The notes beneath the pieces were generated by a model. That model did no database searches. It saw nothing but the letters and a program-made list of their open reading frames with translations, and was not told the origin of the DNA. From NCBI GenBank assembly GCA_003152415.1, contig PMAD01000209.1:34179-97268 (forward strand): a stretch of DNA of 63,090 nucleotides, read 5' to 3'. Of this stretch, positions 46,349 through 56,156 are shown piece by piece (the stretch's first letter is position 1; every line of letters starts with the position of its first letter). Made by a program: the position numbers and the translations under genes. This DNA is from Acidobacterium sp. Its GTDB lineage: Bacteria > Acidobacteriota > Terriglobia > Terriglobales > Acidobacteriaceae.

Positions 46349-47380
46349 ATGGACTTATTCGCTCTGCGTCTGCTCTTCATTCTTATTTTTTCGGCTGCTT
46401 GCTGGTTCTTTCGCCCCTTCGGCATCGATCAGTGGACCGCCGCCGGCGTCGGCGCCATCCTGTCCGCGCTCATCATCCTCTTTGAGCTGCGCGTGCGCGC
46501 CCTCAGCCTGAAACGTCTCTTCGGAGCCGTCATCGGCAGCCTGCTCGGCATCGTCGGGGCCTTCCTCTTCTCTCTGGTTCTCCGCAACAGCCTGCCCGAT
46601 GGCCGCACCCGCAGCCTCCTGCAGCTCATTGTGCTGCTGCTCATGACGTACATCGGACTGGTGGTCGGTGCCAGCAAGGGCGATCTTCTCAACCTCGCGG
46701 CGCTCGGCGGCCTTTTCTCCGGCGAACGCGCCGGCAAGCGCAACATCAAAGTGATCGACACCAGCGCCATCATCGATGGCCGCATCGCCGACATCTCCGA
46801 GACCGGCTTCCTCGAAGGCGTCCTCGTCATTCCCGAATTCGTTCTGCGCGAACTGCAGATGGTCGCCGACTCCTCCGACTCCTCGAAACGCCAGCGCGGC
46901 CGCCGCGGCCTCGATGTCCTCCAGCGCATGCGCGAAAATGCGCAGATCACCGTGCAGATCACCGAACAAGACTTCCCCCACGTGAAGGAAGTCGACCTCA
47001 AGCTGATCGAGCTGGCCAAACACATCGAGGCCAAAATCGTCACCAACGATTTCAATCTGAACAAAGTCGCTCAGGTCCGCGGCGTCTCCGTGCTCAACAT
47101 CAACGACCTCGCCAATTCGCTCCGCCCCGTCGTTCTCCCCGGCGAAAAGATGCGCGTCGTCATCATGAAAGAAGGCAAGGAGTTCGACCAGGGCGTCGGC
47201 TACCTTGACGACGGCACCATGGTCGTTGTCGACCACGCCCGCCGCCTTATCGGCCGCTCCGTCGAGATCGCCGTTACTTCAGTCCTCCAGACCACCTCCG
47301 GCAAGATGATTTTCGGCCGCCTCGACGACAACTCGCGTCCCGAAGCGGTGCGCGCCTCGGTGGAAGTCTCCAATTCGTAA
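46349..47380 (+). CDS. PIN + TRAM domain membrane protein (YacL-like)
   Basis: N-terminal TM helices, PIN (KVIDTSAIIDGRI...IVTNDFNLNKVA), C-terminal TRAM (GVGYLDDGTMVVV...). Confidence 0.8.
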   Translation: MDLFALRLLFILIFSAACWFFRPFGIDQWTAAGVGAILSALIILFELRVRALSLKRLFGAVIGSLLGIVGAFLFSLVLRNSLPDGRTRSLLQLIVLLLMTYIGLVVGASKGDLLNLAALGGLFSGERAGKRNIKVIDTSAIIDGRIADISETGFLEGVLVIPEFVLRELQMVADSSDSSKRQRGRRGLDVLQRMRENAQITVQITEQDFPHVKEVDLKLIELAKHIEAKIVTNDFNLNKVAQVRGVSVLNINDLANSLRPVVLPGEKMRVVIMKEGKEFDQGVGYLDDGTMVVVDHARRLIGRSVEIAVTSVLQTTSGKMIFGRLDDNSRPEAVRASVEVSNS

Positions 47381-47472
47381 GCACCCGGCCGACGCCGCGC
47401 ACGATTACGCAACTCTTACACTACAACGGGGCCTCATACCTTTAAGGTGAAAGGTGGAGCAGTAGCTTTCTC

Positions 47473-48363
47473 ATGTCAACTCTCGTTGAGATCCCTGCCG
47501 ATACCGTTCGCACCGACTCCGAGTCGCTCGAGCAAACACGCTCCGCGAAGCTCAACGTGATTTTCGCCGTCACCCTGATCATCTTTCACATCGGCGCAAT
47601 CGCAGCGCTCTTCTTCTTCAGCTGGAGCGCGCTCGCCGTCTTCGCCGTGCTCTGGGTGCTCGGCCAGAACGTCGGCATCGCCATGAGCTACCATCGCCTG
47701 CTCACCCATCGCGGCTACATCACGCCCAAATGGGTCGAGTACGCCATGGCCCTCTGCGCCACGCTCGCCCTGCAGGGAGGCCCCATCTACTGGGTCGCCG
47801 TTCATCGCATGCATCACCAGCTCACCGATCGCCCCGGCGATCCGCACTCGCCCCGCGACGGCAAATGGTGGTCGCACATGGGCTGGATCCTCCACGGTTC
47901 CCTGCGCAATCGCAACCCCCTGCTCACGCGCTACGTCCCCGACCTCGCCAACGACCGCTTCTATGTTTGGCTCAGTCGCTGGCACTGGGTACCCATCACC
48001 GTCGTCGGCATCGCGCTGTTCCTCGTCGGCGGATGGTCCTGGCTGCTGTGGGGCATCTTCCTGCGCATCACGCTCGGCCTGCACTCGACGTGGCTGGTCA
48101 ACTCCGCCACGCATATGTGGGGCGCGCGCCGCTTCCAGACGCGCGACGATTCCCGCAACAACTGGTGGGTCGCGCTCATCACCGGCGGCGAGGGCTGGCA
48201 CAACAACCACCACGCCCATCCCGTTTCTGCCAGCCACGGCATGGCGTGGTATGAGCTCGATTTCAATTACTGGGGCATTCGCCTCCTCGGCCTGGTAGGC
48301 TTGGCGAAAAAGATCAAGGTTCTCGGTCCCGACGGCGGCCCGGCGCGCATTCTGCATCCGTAA
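47473..48363 (+). CDS. Membrane acyl-CoA/acyl-lipid (delta-9-type) fatty acid desaturase
   Basis: Three His boxes: HRLLTH, HRMHH, HNNHH. Confidence 0.9.
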   Translation: MSTLVEIPADTVRTDSESLEQTRSAKLNVIFAVTLIIFHIGAIAALFFFSWSALAVFAVLWVLGQNVGIAMSYHRLLTHRGYITPKWVEYAMALCATLALQGGPIYWVAVHRMHHQLTDRPGDPHSPRDGKWWSHMGWILHGSLRNRNPLLTRYVPDLANDRFYVWLSRWHWVPITVVGIALFLVGGWSWLLWGIFLRITLGLHSTWLVNSATHMWGARRFQTRDDSRNNWWVALITGGEGWHNNHHAHPVSASHGMAWYELDFNYWGIRLLGLVGLAKKIKVLGPDGGPARILHP

Positions 48364-48425
48364 TCGGCGTAGCCCTCCCCCATCGTTCTTTTGCTTTACG
48401 CGCCCTGGTTGCTACACTCACGGGG

Positions 48426-50021
48426 ATGATCCTCAGGAAATTCGCACGTCTTCTCGTTCTACCGTTCTTTGTTGCTCTCGCCTGCGCCCAGACCCCATCT
48501 CATCTCTTTTTTCGTGTGACGCTCGACCCTGGCATGCAGCCCGCATCCGGCCGTCTGCTCATCTTCCTTGAGCCCGGCAGCGGCGCAACCCATGTCAGCG
48601 CAAACGAGTTCCGACCCTCCGCGACTTCCATCGCCGCGAAAGAGATTTCCGGCCTCCAGCCTGGCTCTTCCATCGACGTCGACGTCGACGACGTCGCGTT
48701 TCCTGCGCCGTTCTCCTCCCTCAAACCTGGAACGTATCAGGCCCAGGCCATCCTGGATGTCCGCCACACCTATGCCTACGACGGTCCCGCAGCGGGCGAC
48801 CTTGAAAGCGCCGTCGTTCCTCTCGCCGGCTGGACCCCTGGCTCCAGCAGCGAGCCCACCTTCGTGCTGAACCACGTCCGCGAGGCGCCCGCTCCGCGCC
48901 CGCTGCCGTTGAAACCCGAAGAACTGGCGGCGGCGGAGAAGGCCACCGCGCCGGTCGACTTCGTCAGCCCCGCCCTCACCGCATTTTCTGGACGCGAAAC
49001 GCACATCCGCGGCTGGGTAGTCCTGCCGCCCGGCTATGCCGAGCATCCGCGCGAGCACTACCCCACCGTCTACTGGACCCACGGCTTCGGCGCGAAGCTC
49101 GAGACCATCCGTCCCTCCGCACTCATGGCCGCCAGCCGCATGAACGCCGGCAAAATGCCGCCCATGATCTGGATATTTCTCGACGAATCACTTCCCACCG
49201 GCACGCACGAGTTCGCCGACTCCGTGAACAACGGGCCCTGGGGCCAGGCCCTCACTGCGGAGTTCATCCCCTGGATCGAAGCCAAGTATCGTATGGACGC
49301 GAAAGTGAACGGCCGGTTTTTGAACGGGCATTCTTCTGGCGGGTGGGCCACGCTGCAGCTCCAGGTCAACTATCCGAAGATTTTCGGAGGCACCTGGTCA
49401 ACCTCTCCCGACCCCAGCGACTTCCACGACTTCACCGGCATCGACCTCTACGCTCCGAACGGGAACGCTTATCGCCGCCCTGACGGCACGCCTTACCCCA
49501 TCGTGCGCGATCACCAGCAGGTTGTCGCGACCTTCGAAGAACTCACGCGCCAGGAGGATGTGCTGGGCTCGTATGGCGGTCAAGTTGCTTCCTTCGAGTG
49601 GGTCTTCTCGCCGCGCGGCGCCGACGGCCGCCCGCTCGTGATGTTCGATCGCAGCACCGGCGAGATTCATCCCGAAGTCGTCGCATACTGGCACGATCAC
49701 TACGATCTGGCGCAAATTGTCGAAGCCAACTGGGCCACGCGTGGACGCGACCTCAAAGGCAAGATTCACCTCATCGTCGGCACCGCGGACACCTTCTATC
49801 TCGACGGCGCAGCCCACAAATTCGAAGCCGTTCTGAATCGTCTTGGCGCCGATCCGCACTTCACCTACCGCGACAACCGCACCCACTTCGATCTGTACGA
49901 AGAAAACGGAGACCGGATGGCGATGATGGACGAGATCGCCGAGCAGATGTACGCCGTCGCACGCCCTTCGGCGCATTGGAAGCCCCCGGCTGGAGCCCCC
50001 GCACCCATTCTTCACCCATAG
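48426..50021 (+). CDS. Secreted alpha/beta-hydrolase (esterase D / enterochelin-esterase-like)
   Basis: Signal peptide. Nucleophile elbow GHSSGG. Confidence 0.65.
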   Translation: MILRKFARLLVLPFFVALACAQTPSHLFFRVTLDPGMQPASGRLLIFLEPGSGATHVSANEFRPSATSIAAKEISGLQPGSSIDVDVDDVAFPAPFSSLKPGTYQAQAILDVRHTYAYDGPAAGDLESAVVPLAGWTPGSSSEPTFVLNHVREAPAPRPLPLKPEELAAAEKATAPVDFVSPALTAFSGRETHIRGWVVLPPGYAEHPREHYPTVYWTHGFGAKLETIRPSALMAASRMNAGKMPPMIWIFLDESLPTGTHEFADSVNNGPWGQALTAEFIPWIEAKYRMDAKVNGRFLNGHSSGGWATLQLQVNYPKIFGGTWSTSPDPSDFHDFTGIDLYAPNGNAYRRPDGTPYPIVRDHQQVVATFEELTRQEDVLGSYGGQVASFEWVFSPRGADGRPLVMFDRSTGEIHPEVVAYWHDHYDLAQIVEANWATRGRDLKGKIHLIVGTADTFYLDGAAHKFEAVLNRLGADPHFTYRDNRTHFDLYEENGDRMAMMDEIAEQMYAVARPSAHWKPPAGAPAPILHP

Positions 50022-50025
50022 CCCC

Positions 50026-50469
50026 GTGAGCAAACGGCAAGCAGCACGGAGTCCCACAGCCAGCCGGCCGGTGACCGTCCCGGTCGTCGCAGCGTTCTCC
50101 TGGATGGCGACCGCCCTTGCCTTCCTGATCGGATCATCGCTGTTGATTACCGGAACCCTCCCCAATCGCGTCTGGAACCTCAATCCCCGCGCTCGCGTCG
50201 TATTCTCCGCGCACGCCAAACCCTTCGGAGCGCTCCTTCTCGTCGTCGCCCTCGTCGCGGCAGCCACAGCCATCGGCCTGCTGCGCGGTCGCCGCTGGGC
50301 CTGGCTCCTCGCTCTGGCAACGTTCACTGTCAACGGGCTCGGCGACCTGGTCACCCTCCTCGTCGTCCGCGACTGGCTCCGCGGCGGATCGGGAGTCCTG
50401 ATCGCCGCTGGCTTCCTCTTCTTTCTGCAGCGGCCCCGCGTCCGAGCGTACTTCGCACCACCCGCTTAG
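50026..50469 (+). CDS. Hypothetical membrane protein
   Basis: Four predicted hydrophobic helices. GTG start. Confidence 0.45.
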   Translation: MSKRQAARSPTASRPVTVPVVAAFSWMATALAFLIGSSLLITGTLPNRVWNLNPRARVVFSAHAKPFGALLLVVALVAAATAIGLLRGRRWAWLLALATFTVNGLGDLVTLLVVRDWLRGGSGVLIAAGFLFFLQRPRVRAYFAPPA

Positions 50470-52071
50470 CTACTGCTTCTCAGCCCACGCCTCAAGCTGT
50501 TGCGCGTCGCCCATCTCCCCCGCCACCATTCGCTCCACCAGGTCGTGGATCGCCAGCAGCGCCATGGGCCGGCCAATCGTCTCCCCTGCGGTTTCTCCCG
50601 GGAATCGCACCATCAGCATCGGCTGCGGATCGAAATGCCCATGCCCGGACGCCAGCTCGTCCTCCTGCGTCCATCCGTAACTGTCCCGCCACAGACCCAC
50701 CCGCCAGCTGTGATCCGAGGAAAGGATCACCGTCGTCTGCGCGGCTGCGGGGCTCGCGGCAACCCCCGCCAGCATTTGTCCCAGGACCCGGTCCGACAGC
50801 GCGAGGTTATCGATATAACTCCCGCCCGGTCCGATGCCCCCCGTCTTCCGGTTATAACGGCCGGGAGGATGCGGCAGCGGCAGGTGTACGAAGCACAGGT
50901 CGATTTCCTGGTCGCCAATCAGCGCATCTCCCGCGCGTACTGCGCCCAGCTCGTCCAGCGAAGCAGATCCGCCTGGCGCAACCGTTGCCGCATCCTTGTG
51001 TCCGAACACCCGATTCCAGTCTGCCGCCAGCGGTGCGGTCACGTTCTCCAGCGTGCTCTTGTCTCGCGAAAAATGATCCGGCAGCGGCGGCAGGCCCATC
51101 CAGCAAAAATCCAGCTGGTCCTCCAGAATGCGGCAATAGGGGTTGTATTCGCCGATCGCGCCCGTCGTCCATCCCGCGCGCCGCGCATCGGCGAAAAGTG
51201 TCCGGCTACCGTCGAATCGTTGCCACGGCGCCTGCTTCGCGGTCCGGTACAGCATCCATCCTGAGATCGTGGCCCGCACTCGATTGATGGGTTCGCCGAC
51301 AAAAATCGACGGGATCACGTCCTCGGTAAAGAACCCGTCCGGCTCCACGTCGGAGAAGGTCACGCTCTCCCCGCGCAGCTTATCCAGATTTGGCAGCTCC
51401 AGCCCCGGGAAGCGATGCACGAATACCTGGTCGTACGACATTTCGTCGAAGAGTAGCCACACCACGCGTGGGTGCGGGACCGCGGCCGCTGGCAGCGGTC
51501 TCCTGAATCCCTCCTGATCCCGCGGCTGATGCACGAAACCCGCGGCGACCAACGCCGGAATCATCCAGAAGATACAGAACCCCACCAGCAGGGTGCCAAA
51601 GCGCAGCACCCGCACCGTCCGGAAATACCCTCGCTCCGATGCCAACCACAGAATGGCCAGCAGCCCCGCCACCACCAGAAATGCGCGCCCCGTCGTGATC
51701 TGCTGCCACCACAGCACCTGCGAGACGATCATCCCGGCAATCGCGCGCGCCGCGAGCAGTCCAAACCACAACGCCCACAGCAGCCCCGCGACGAGTCTGC
51801 GATTCTCATTCGCCCCAGTCCCGCCTCCCGCGCGGCTCAGTCGCTCCAGCACGCGCACCACCATCATCGCCAGCAGCGAGAGCGCGGCCAAGTCCACAGC
51901 CAGCGCCCGCGCCACCGTCGTTAGCGGCAGCAGCCGGTGGTATTGATCGATGTGCGTTTGGGAAAGTTCAGTCCACAGTAGCCCCGGCGCCAGCAGAATG
52001 GCCGCTCCCGCGCCCTCCAGCCAGCAGCGCGCCCATGAACTTCGCCCTGCACTCCATGAATGCGCTCGCAC
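50470..52071 (-). CDS. Membrane-anchored sulfatase/alkaline-phosphatase-superfamily protein (LTA-synthase/phosphoethanolamine-transferase-like architecture)
   Basis: About 190-aa polytopic N-terminus, then VVWLLFDEMSYDQ ... TVILSSDHSW, typical of the Sulfatase fold. Confidence 0.65.
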   Translation of the reverse strand: MRAHSWSAGRSSWARCWLEGAGAAILLAPGLLWTELSQTHIDQYHRLLPLTTVARALAVDLAALSLLAMMVVRVLERLSRAGGGTGANENRRLVAGLLWALWFGLLAARAIAGMIVSQVLWWQQITTGRAFLVVAGLLAILWLASERGYFRTVRVLRFGTLLVGFCIFWMIPALVAAGFVHQPRDQEGFRRPLPAAAVPHPRVVWLLFDEMSYDQVFVHRFPGLELPNLDKLRGESVTFSDVEPDGFFTEDVIPSIFVGEPINRVRATISGWMLYRTAKQAPWQRFDGSRTLFADARRAGWTTGAIGEYNPYCRILEDQLDFCWMGLPPLPDHFSRDKSTLENVTAPLAADWNRVFGHKDAATVAPGGSASLDELGAVRAGDALIGDQEIDLCFVHLPLPHPPGRYNRKTGGIGPGGSYIDNLALSDRVLGQMLAGVAASPAAAQTTVILSSDHSWRVGLWRDSYGWTQEDELASGHGHFDPQPMLMVRFPGETAGETIGRPMALLAIHDLVERMVAGEMGDAQQLEAWAEKQ

Positions 52072-52077
52072 CCGCCC

Positions 52078-53466
52078 TTACCTGGCCTGCAGAATAAACA
52101 GAACCCGGCCATTCGGTAGCGCATTGCGCAGCACAACGGTGAAGTGCTTTTCCGCCGCGTTCAGGAACGCGGCTTCGTCCAGATGCCCGTACAACTCCTC
52201 GCGCCCGCGCAGCAGATCCACAAACCGCGGATCGCTCGCCGGCACCCACTCCACTATCGCCCAGCTGGTGGTCAGCTCGCGCAGCAGCCCTGCAATCTCC
52301 TGCATCGGAATCTGCTCCGCGAGCAGCAGGTGATGAATGAATCCCAGCATCATCACGCAGTCGAAGCGTCCCCGCGACCGATCCAGCAGCGCCGGGTTCT
52401 CCGCATTACGCCATCCCGCTGCCGGAGTGGGCCGTGCCGGATTCGCGATCAACGGAGCAATGTCCAGGTCTCGTCGCTGCGCTTCGCGCCAGTTCTCCTC
52501 CGTCGCCGGCAAATCCGTATCCCAGGCCACGACGTTCGCGCCGCACTCTGCCGCGATGCGCGAATACACACCGCTGTTCGCTCCCAGGTCGAGAAGATGC
52601 TTTGGCTGCGCAGCGGTCAGGGCATCCCGCACAAACTGCCGCTTCAGCTTCTGATCCTCAGCGCTGTAATGGTCGGCCGAGTGCGCATATCCGCTCCACC
52701 GCGAAGCGCGATGTCCGGACTGCAGCCCTTGCTCGATGCGCCGCAGTTGTCCTCGCAGCCTGCCCAGATTGCGCCGCAGCACCGCCAGCGCCACTTCCTC
52801 GCTCTGCCGCACCCGGATATCCTGTGCGCTCTTTCCGCCGTTCTTTTCCAGCATCAGCGGCAGCGTCACCAGCGAGCGGAACGGCTCCCGCATACGCTGC
52901 CACCGGCTCAGGGGCGGAGCCAGATCGGCCGGCTCGTACCCGTCACGCTTCTGCATCGACGCGGCCAGCGGCCATCCCAGACACTGATACGCCGCCAGCG
53001 GCAGCAGGAATGTCCGCACGAATTGTCCGTATGCCAGCCACAGCGGGCTCGCCGGATCGCGCTCCTCCACCGACAGCACGTCCACAAAAACAGGTCGCAC
53101 TCCGCGGAACAACACGTTCAGCGGTGTTGCGTCTTTCAGGATCAGCCCCTCTGCCAGCAATCCCTCGCACAGATCCAGAGTCAGATCCGCCGCCGCAATC
53201 CACGCGCGCGGTGTCCACTCCCACGGATAGGAAGGAAAGAAAACGCGCGGATGCTCGAGCGTCAGATCGCCATTTTCATGGGGCAGGAAACGGGTTTCAA
53301 TCAGTCGTCCCTGCGCGACCCACTCCTGCGCCGTCTTCGATTGCAGGAATCGGAGCGCGGCCTTTGCATGCTCAGGATGGACTTCGCGCAGGACACGATC
53401 CCCGGCGATGCGCAGGGAGCCAGCAGGATCGCGAAAGGTTTCGAGCGTGAGCTCGGCTGTCGCCAT
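52078..53466 (-). CDS. Two-domain protein: N-terminal kinase-like domain + C-terminal class I SAM-dependent methyltransferase
   Basis: C-terminal half has motif I LLDLGANSGVYS and post-I VVAWDTD. N-terminal half carries LILKDATPLNVLF..RPVFVDVLS, reminiscent of an APH/protein-kinase-like catalytic loop (inference). Confidence 0.7.
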   Translation of the reverse strand: MATAELTLETFRDPAGSLRIAGDRVLREVHPEHAKAALRFLQSKTAQEWVAQGRLIETRFLPHENGDLTLEHPRVFFPSYPWEWTPRAWIAAADLTLDLCEGLLAEGLILKDATPLNVLFRGVRPVFVDVLSVEERDPASPLWLAYGQFVRTFLLPLAAYQCLGWPLAASMQKRDGYEPADLAPPLSRWQRMREPFRSLVTLPLMLEKNGGKSAQDIRVRQSEEVALAVLRRNLGRLRGQLRRIEQGLQSGHRASRWSGYAHSADHYSAEDQKLKRQFVRDALTAAQPKHLLDLGANSGVYSRIAAECGANVVAWDTDLPATEENWREAQRRDLDIAPLIANPARPTPAAGWRNAENPALLDRSRGRFDCVMMLGFIHHLLLAEQIPMQEIAGLLRELTTSWAIVEWVPASDPRFVDLLRGREELYGHLDEAAFLNAAEKHFTVVLRNALPNGRVLFILQAR

Positions 53467-53469
53467 CGG

Positions 53470-53766
53470 TTACTTACTCGGTTCGGGTTGTGCGCTCTTT
53501 TCTGCCTCGATCTTTCCTTCATTCGAGGTCATCCCAAACAGACGCCGGATTTTGGAACGCAGAATGAACAGCCCTCCGGCCAGCATCGATCCTCCCACCT
53601 GAACTGCCAGCAGACCTGAGCCCGGATCCACATAGCCGTATGCGGGTTTGGTCAATGCCGCGAGCAGTACAACCAGTTCAACCGATGCGAGTGCCACGAG
53701 GGCGGTGCGGCGAACAATGTGCACAGAAAACCCTGCCTCCCTTATTACAAATCTGCGTAATCCCAT
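53470..53766 (-). CDS. Small membrane protein with Y-x-DPGSG motif
   Basis: 3 nt upstream of the methyltransferase gene. ...AYGYVDPGSGLLAVQVGGSMLAGGLFIL... Start uncertain (the ORF extends to 53799). Confidence 0.45.
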   Translation of the reverse strand: MGLRRFVIREAGFSVHIVRRTALVALASVELVVLLAALTKPAYGYVDPGSGLLAVQVGGSMLAGGLFILRSKIRRLFGMTSNEGKIEAEKSAQPEPSK

Positions 53767-53979
53767 GTAGACGGGGTAGGCCCCAAAAAGTTGCGGCACG
53801 GTCTGGGCTTATCTCCCACCCCGTGCTCAACCGTTCAAGAGCATACATACCCGGTACCCATTGTGCCCTCCCCCACAGGTGGCATATCGCGCAAACCGTA
53901 CTCTCAGCGTTACCGGCGTACCCCCGTTTCGCTCCCCGCGCCCAGCCGCTACAATCAGGCCTGACACTTGCAAACAGAC

Positions 53980-54912
53980 ATGACCGCTCATCTCGAATCC
54001 ACCCTTGTCGCCAATCTCCAGACCGCCGCCCAGCAGGCGGGTCTGACCGTCCTCTCCATCGATACAGGATCTGACTTCAACGGCCATCCCACCACGCGCT
54101 TTCGCCTCGCCACCACTGCCGAAGCCCCTGCGGAGCGCACCCTCATGCTCGAACTCAGCGAGGCCTTCGACTTTCACAAGCCGGAACTGCTGCCGGAGAT
54201 GACCACCCACCTGCGCGAGGCCGCCAATCGCCTCCGCAACCCGCGTCCTGACGCTTACGTCACCCTCGCCGGTCTTCCTGTGAGCTTCAGCGACTTTGCC
54301 TGGCCATTTCATCGCTCCTCTTCCGGGGCCGACACCTTTATCGTCCACGGCACCCTCCATCTCGACGATGGCACACAATCGCCGCTCCACACCCTCGTTT
54401 CCGCCAGCATGACCGTTACTTTCGCGGAAATCGTCCCGGCGCCCGAGCAGCCTTATGCCGAAACCTTCATTTACAATGCCGTTCGCAAGACCCTCGATCG
54501 CGGCCAGCTCGAGCTGCTCAAGAGCGGCAACCGCCAGCCTGTTCCCGTCACCACGCGCTACTACAGCCGTTGGCAGAAGAAGTTCTTCTTCACCGACACG
54601 AACGACCAGAGCCGCATGGATTTCCTCGGGCTCAAGGTCTACTGGCTCTCCGGCGTTCTCGGCGCAAATCAGCCTGTCTGGATCGCCGACCCCCGCGACG
54701 CGCAGTACCTCAACACCACCGCGGACGAGCTCTCCCGCATGGCTGCCGACCTCTCGCGCCAGGGTCTGCTCGCCCTCGTCGGCGAATACGCCTCTGCCAC
54801 GCCCTCGCTCCTCGGCCGCTCCGAGGAATATCACGCCAGGCTCGCCGCGGCCCTCGCCGTCACCCGTCCCACCTTCAACGAGGAAATGCGCGCCGGCCAC
54901 ACGAACATGTAA
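53980..54912 (+). CDS. Hypothetical protein (310 aa)
   Basis: Long ORF with normal amino-acid composition. No family recognised. Confidence 0.45.
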   Translation: MTAHLESTLVANLQTAAQQAGLTVLSIDTGSDFNGHPTTRFRLATTAEAPAERTLMLELSEAFDFHKPELLPEMTTHLREAANRLRNPRPDAYVTLAGLPVSFSDFAWPFHRSSSGADTFIVHGTLHLDDGTQSPLHTLVSASMTVTFAEIVPAPEQPYAETFIYNAVRKTLDRGQLELLKSGNRQPVPVTTRYYSRWQKKFFFTDTNDQSRMDFLGLKVYWLSGVLGANQPVWIADPRDAQYLNTTADELSRMAADLSRQGLLALVGEYASATPSLLGRSEEYHARLAAALAVTRPTFNEEMRAGHTNM

Positions 54913-55010
54913 CCCTGCGCCGCCTTTCGATCACGCCCTTTTCGTACCGGCTGCCGGTCTCGGCCACGAGCTACAGGCTACTCGCTACCGGCTACCAGCA
55001 CTGGCCGCCG

Positions 55011-56078
55011 TTACGGCTGCGCGTAGTAGCCGTTGATGGTGCGCACCTTCACACCCGGCTTGTCGACCTTTACTTCCAGATCGTGCCAGGTATTCGGCGC
55101 GTCCGGCCGTTGCGGATCGAAGGTCATCGAATACCACGCCGACGCGTCGTTCGCGCACTTTTCAATCTCGCCCGTGATGTCGTTGCTGCCGGCGAGCGCA
55201 ATGCCCCCGCTGTGCAGGGAGAATACCTGCAGTGCCAAATCGCCCGGATCCGACTTGGTCGGCTTGGTCACCGGTTTCATGAAGCTTTCCCAGAGAAAAG
55301 TGCGCGAGCTGGCGGCGTCCACCGTCCCCAGTGGGTCAATCGCATACAACGTGATGCCCGCCTCCCGCAGCGTGCTCGAGAGGCCTACAATCGCGCTGAA
55401 GAAATTGCGCTGCTGCTGCGGGCTGATGATCACGTTGGGATTGTCGAAGATCGGCCAGCCCGGTCCGATCCACACCACCAGCTTCCTCCCCGATGCGTGG
55501 CCCAGATAGTCGCCCAGACCTGCCAGTGCTTTCAGCGAGATCTCTAATTTCTCTTCCCCGCCGTAAAACCCCGTCGAGCGCGGAATATCGCGCAGGGAGC
55601 CTTCCTTCTGATGCAGCACATCGGCCAGCTTATTTCCATCGCTCGAGATCTCCGTCGCCTGGCTGAGGCCTGAGTCCGTCAGCATATAGACCCCGGTCGG
55701 AATCGCCAGATGCCCTCCGTTGCTGCGCAGAAAGTTCTCGATCTGCGTGCGCACGATGCTGACGGTGCTGAAATTCGCGTTCACTTCGTCGATCAGCAGA
55801 ATGAGCCCCTGAGGATCGTCGTTGGGCGTCTCGATCTCGTGCGCCGCAAACGAACGGATCGGCGTCGGCTGCTTGTTATCCAGCAGCGTGAAATCTTCCT
55901 GCTTCAGTCCGCGGATGACATGACCCGCCTTGTCCGTCACCACCACGTCCAGCGTCATCGGCCCAGATGACGCGACCGGCGTCGGCGTGGCCACCGGAGG
56001 AACATCGAGCGGCTTCTGCGCCATCGCGCTCGCACCACAACACACAAGAACCAGACAGAGTTTCCATTGCGCCCGCAT
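55011..56078 (-). CDS. Secreted VWA-like protein of the 'VWFA-related Acidobacterial domain' type
   Basis: Signal peptide. The pattern ...VVVTDKAGHVIRGLKQEDFTLLDNKQP..I.SF... followed by a VWA-like fold is characteristic of that family as I remember it. Confidence 0.65.
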   Translation of the reverse strand: MRAQWKLCLVLVCCGASAMAQKPLDVPPVATPTPVASSGPMTLDVVVTDKAGHVIRGLKQEDFTLLDNKQPTPIRSFAAHEIETPNDDPQGLILLIDEVNANFSTVSIVRTQIENFLRSNGGHLAIPTGVYMLTDSGLSQATEISSDGNKLADVLHQKEGSLRDIPRSTGFYGGEEKLEISLKALAGLGDYLGHASGRKLVVWIGPGWPIFDNPNVIISPQQQRNFFSAIVGLSSTLREAGITLYAIDPLGTVDAASSRTFLWESFMKPVTKPTKSDPGDLALQVFSLHSGGIALAGSNDITGEIEKCANDASAWYSMTFDPQRPDAPNTWHDLEVKVDKPGVKVRTINGYYAQP

Positions 56079-56156
56079 CTTTGCCCTCCCGCGCCCGCAA
56101 CCGCGATCCATTATGGCAGACGCGATTCTTGCCGCGTGTGGAAGAAAGAACCGGGG

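Noticed and set aside
52144-53619. 491-aa plus-strand ORF and neighbouring Arg/Pro-rich ORFs.
   Set aside because: They are antisense to the methyltransferase gene. The composition is extremely biased (R, Q, P, H). Shadow ORF.
54913-55010. GCTACCGGCTACCAG-type short repeats and a 7-bp inverted repeat (GGCTACT...AGTAGCC) between convergent genes.
   Set aside because: The stems are short and imperfect, and the right-hand arm lies inside the coding end of the VWA gene. It probably acts only as a weak bidirectional terminator region.
55776-55790. The VWA-like protein has D-E-V-N-A where a canonical MIDAS motif DxSxS would sit.
   Set aside because: I recall that the Acidobacterial VWFA-related family deviates from the canonical MIDAS in general, and I cannot verify the alignment without a profile. 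It is not reported as a finding.
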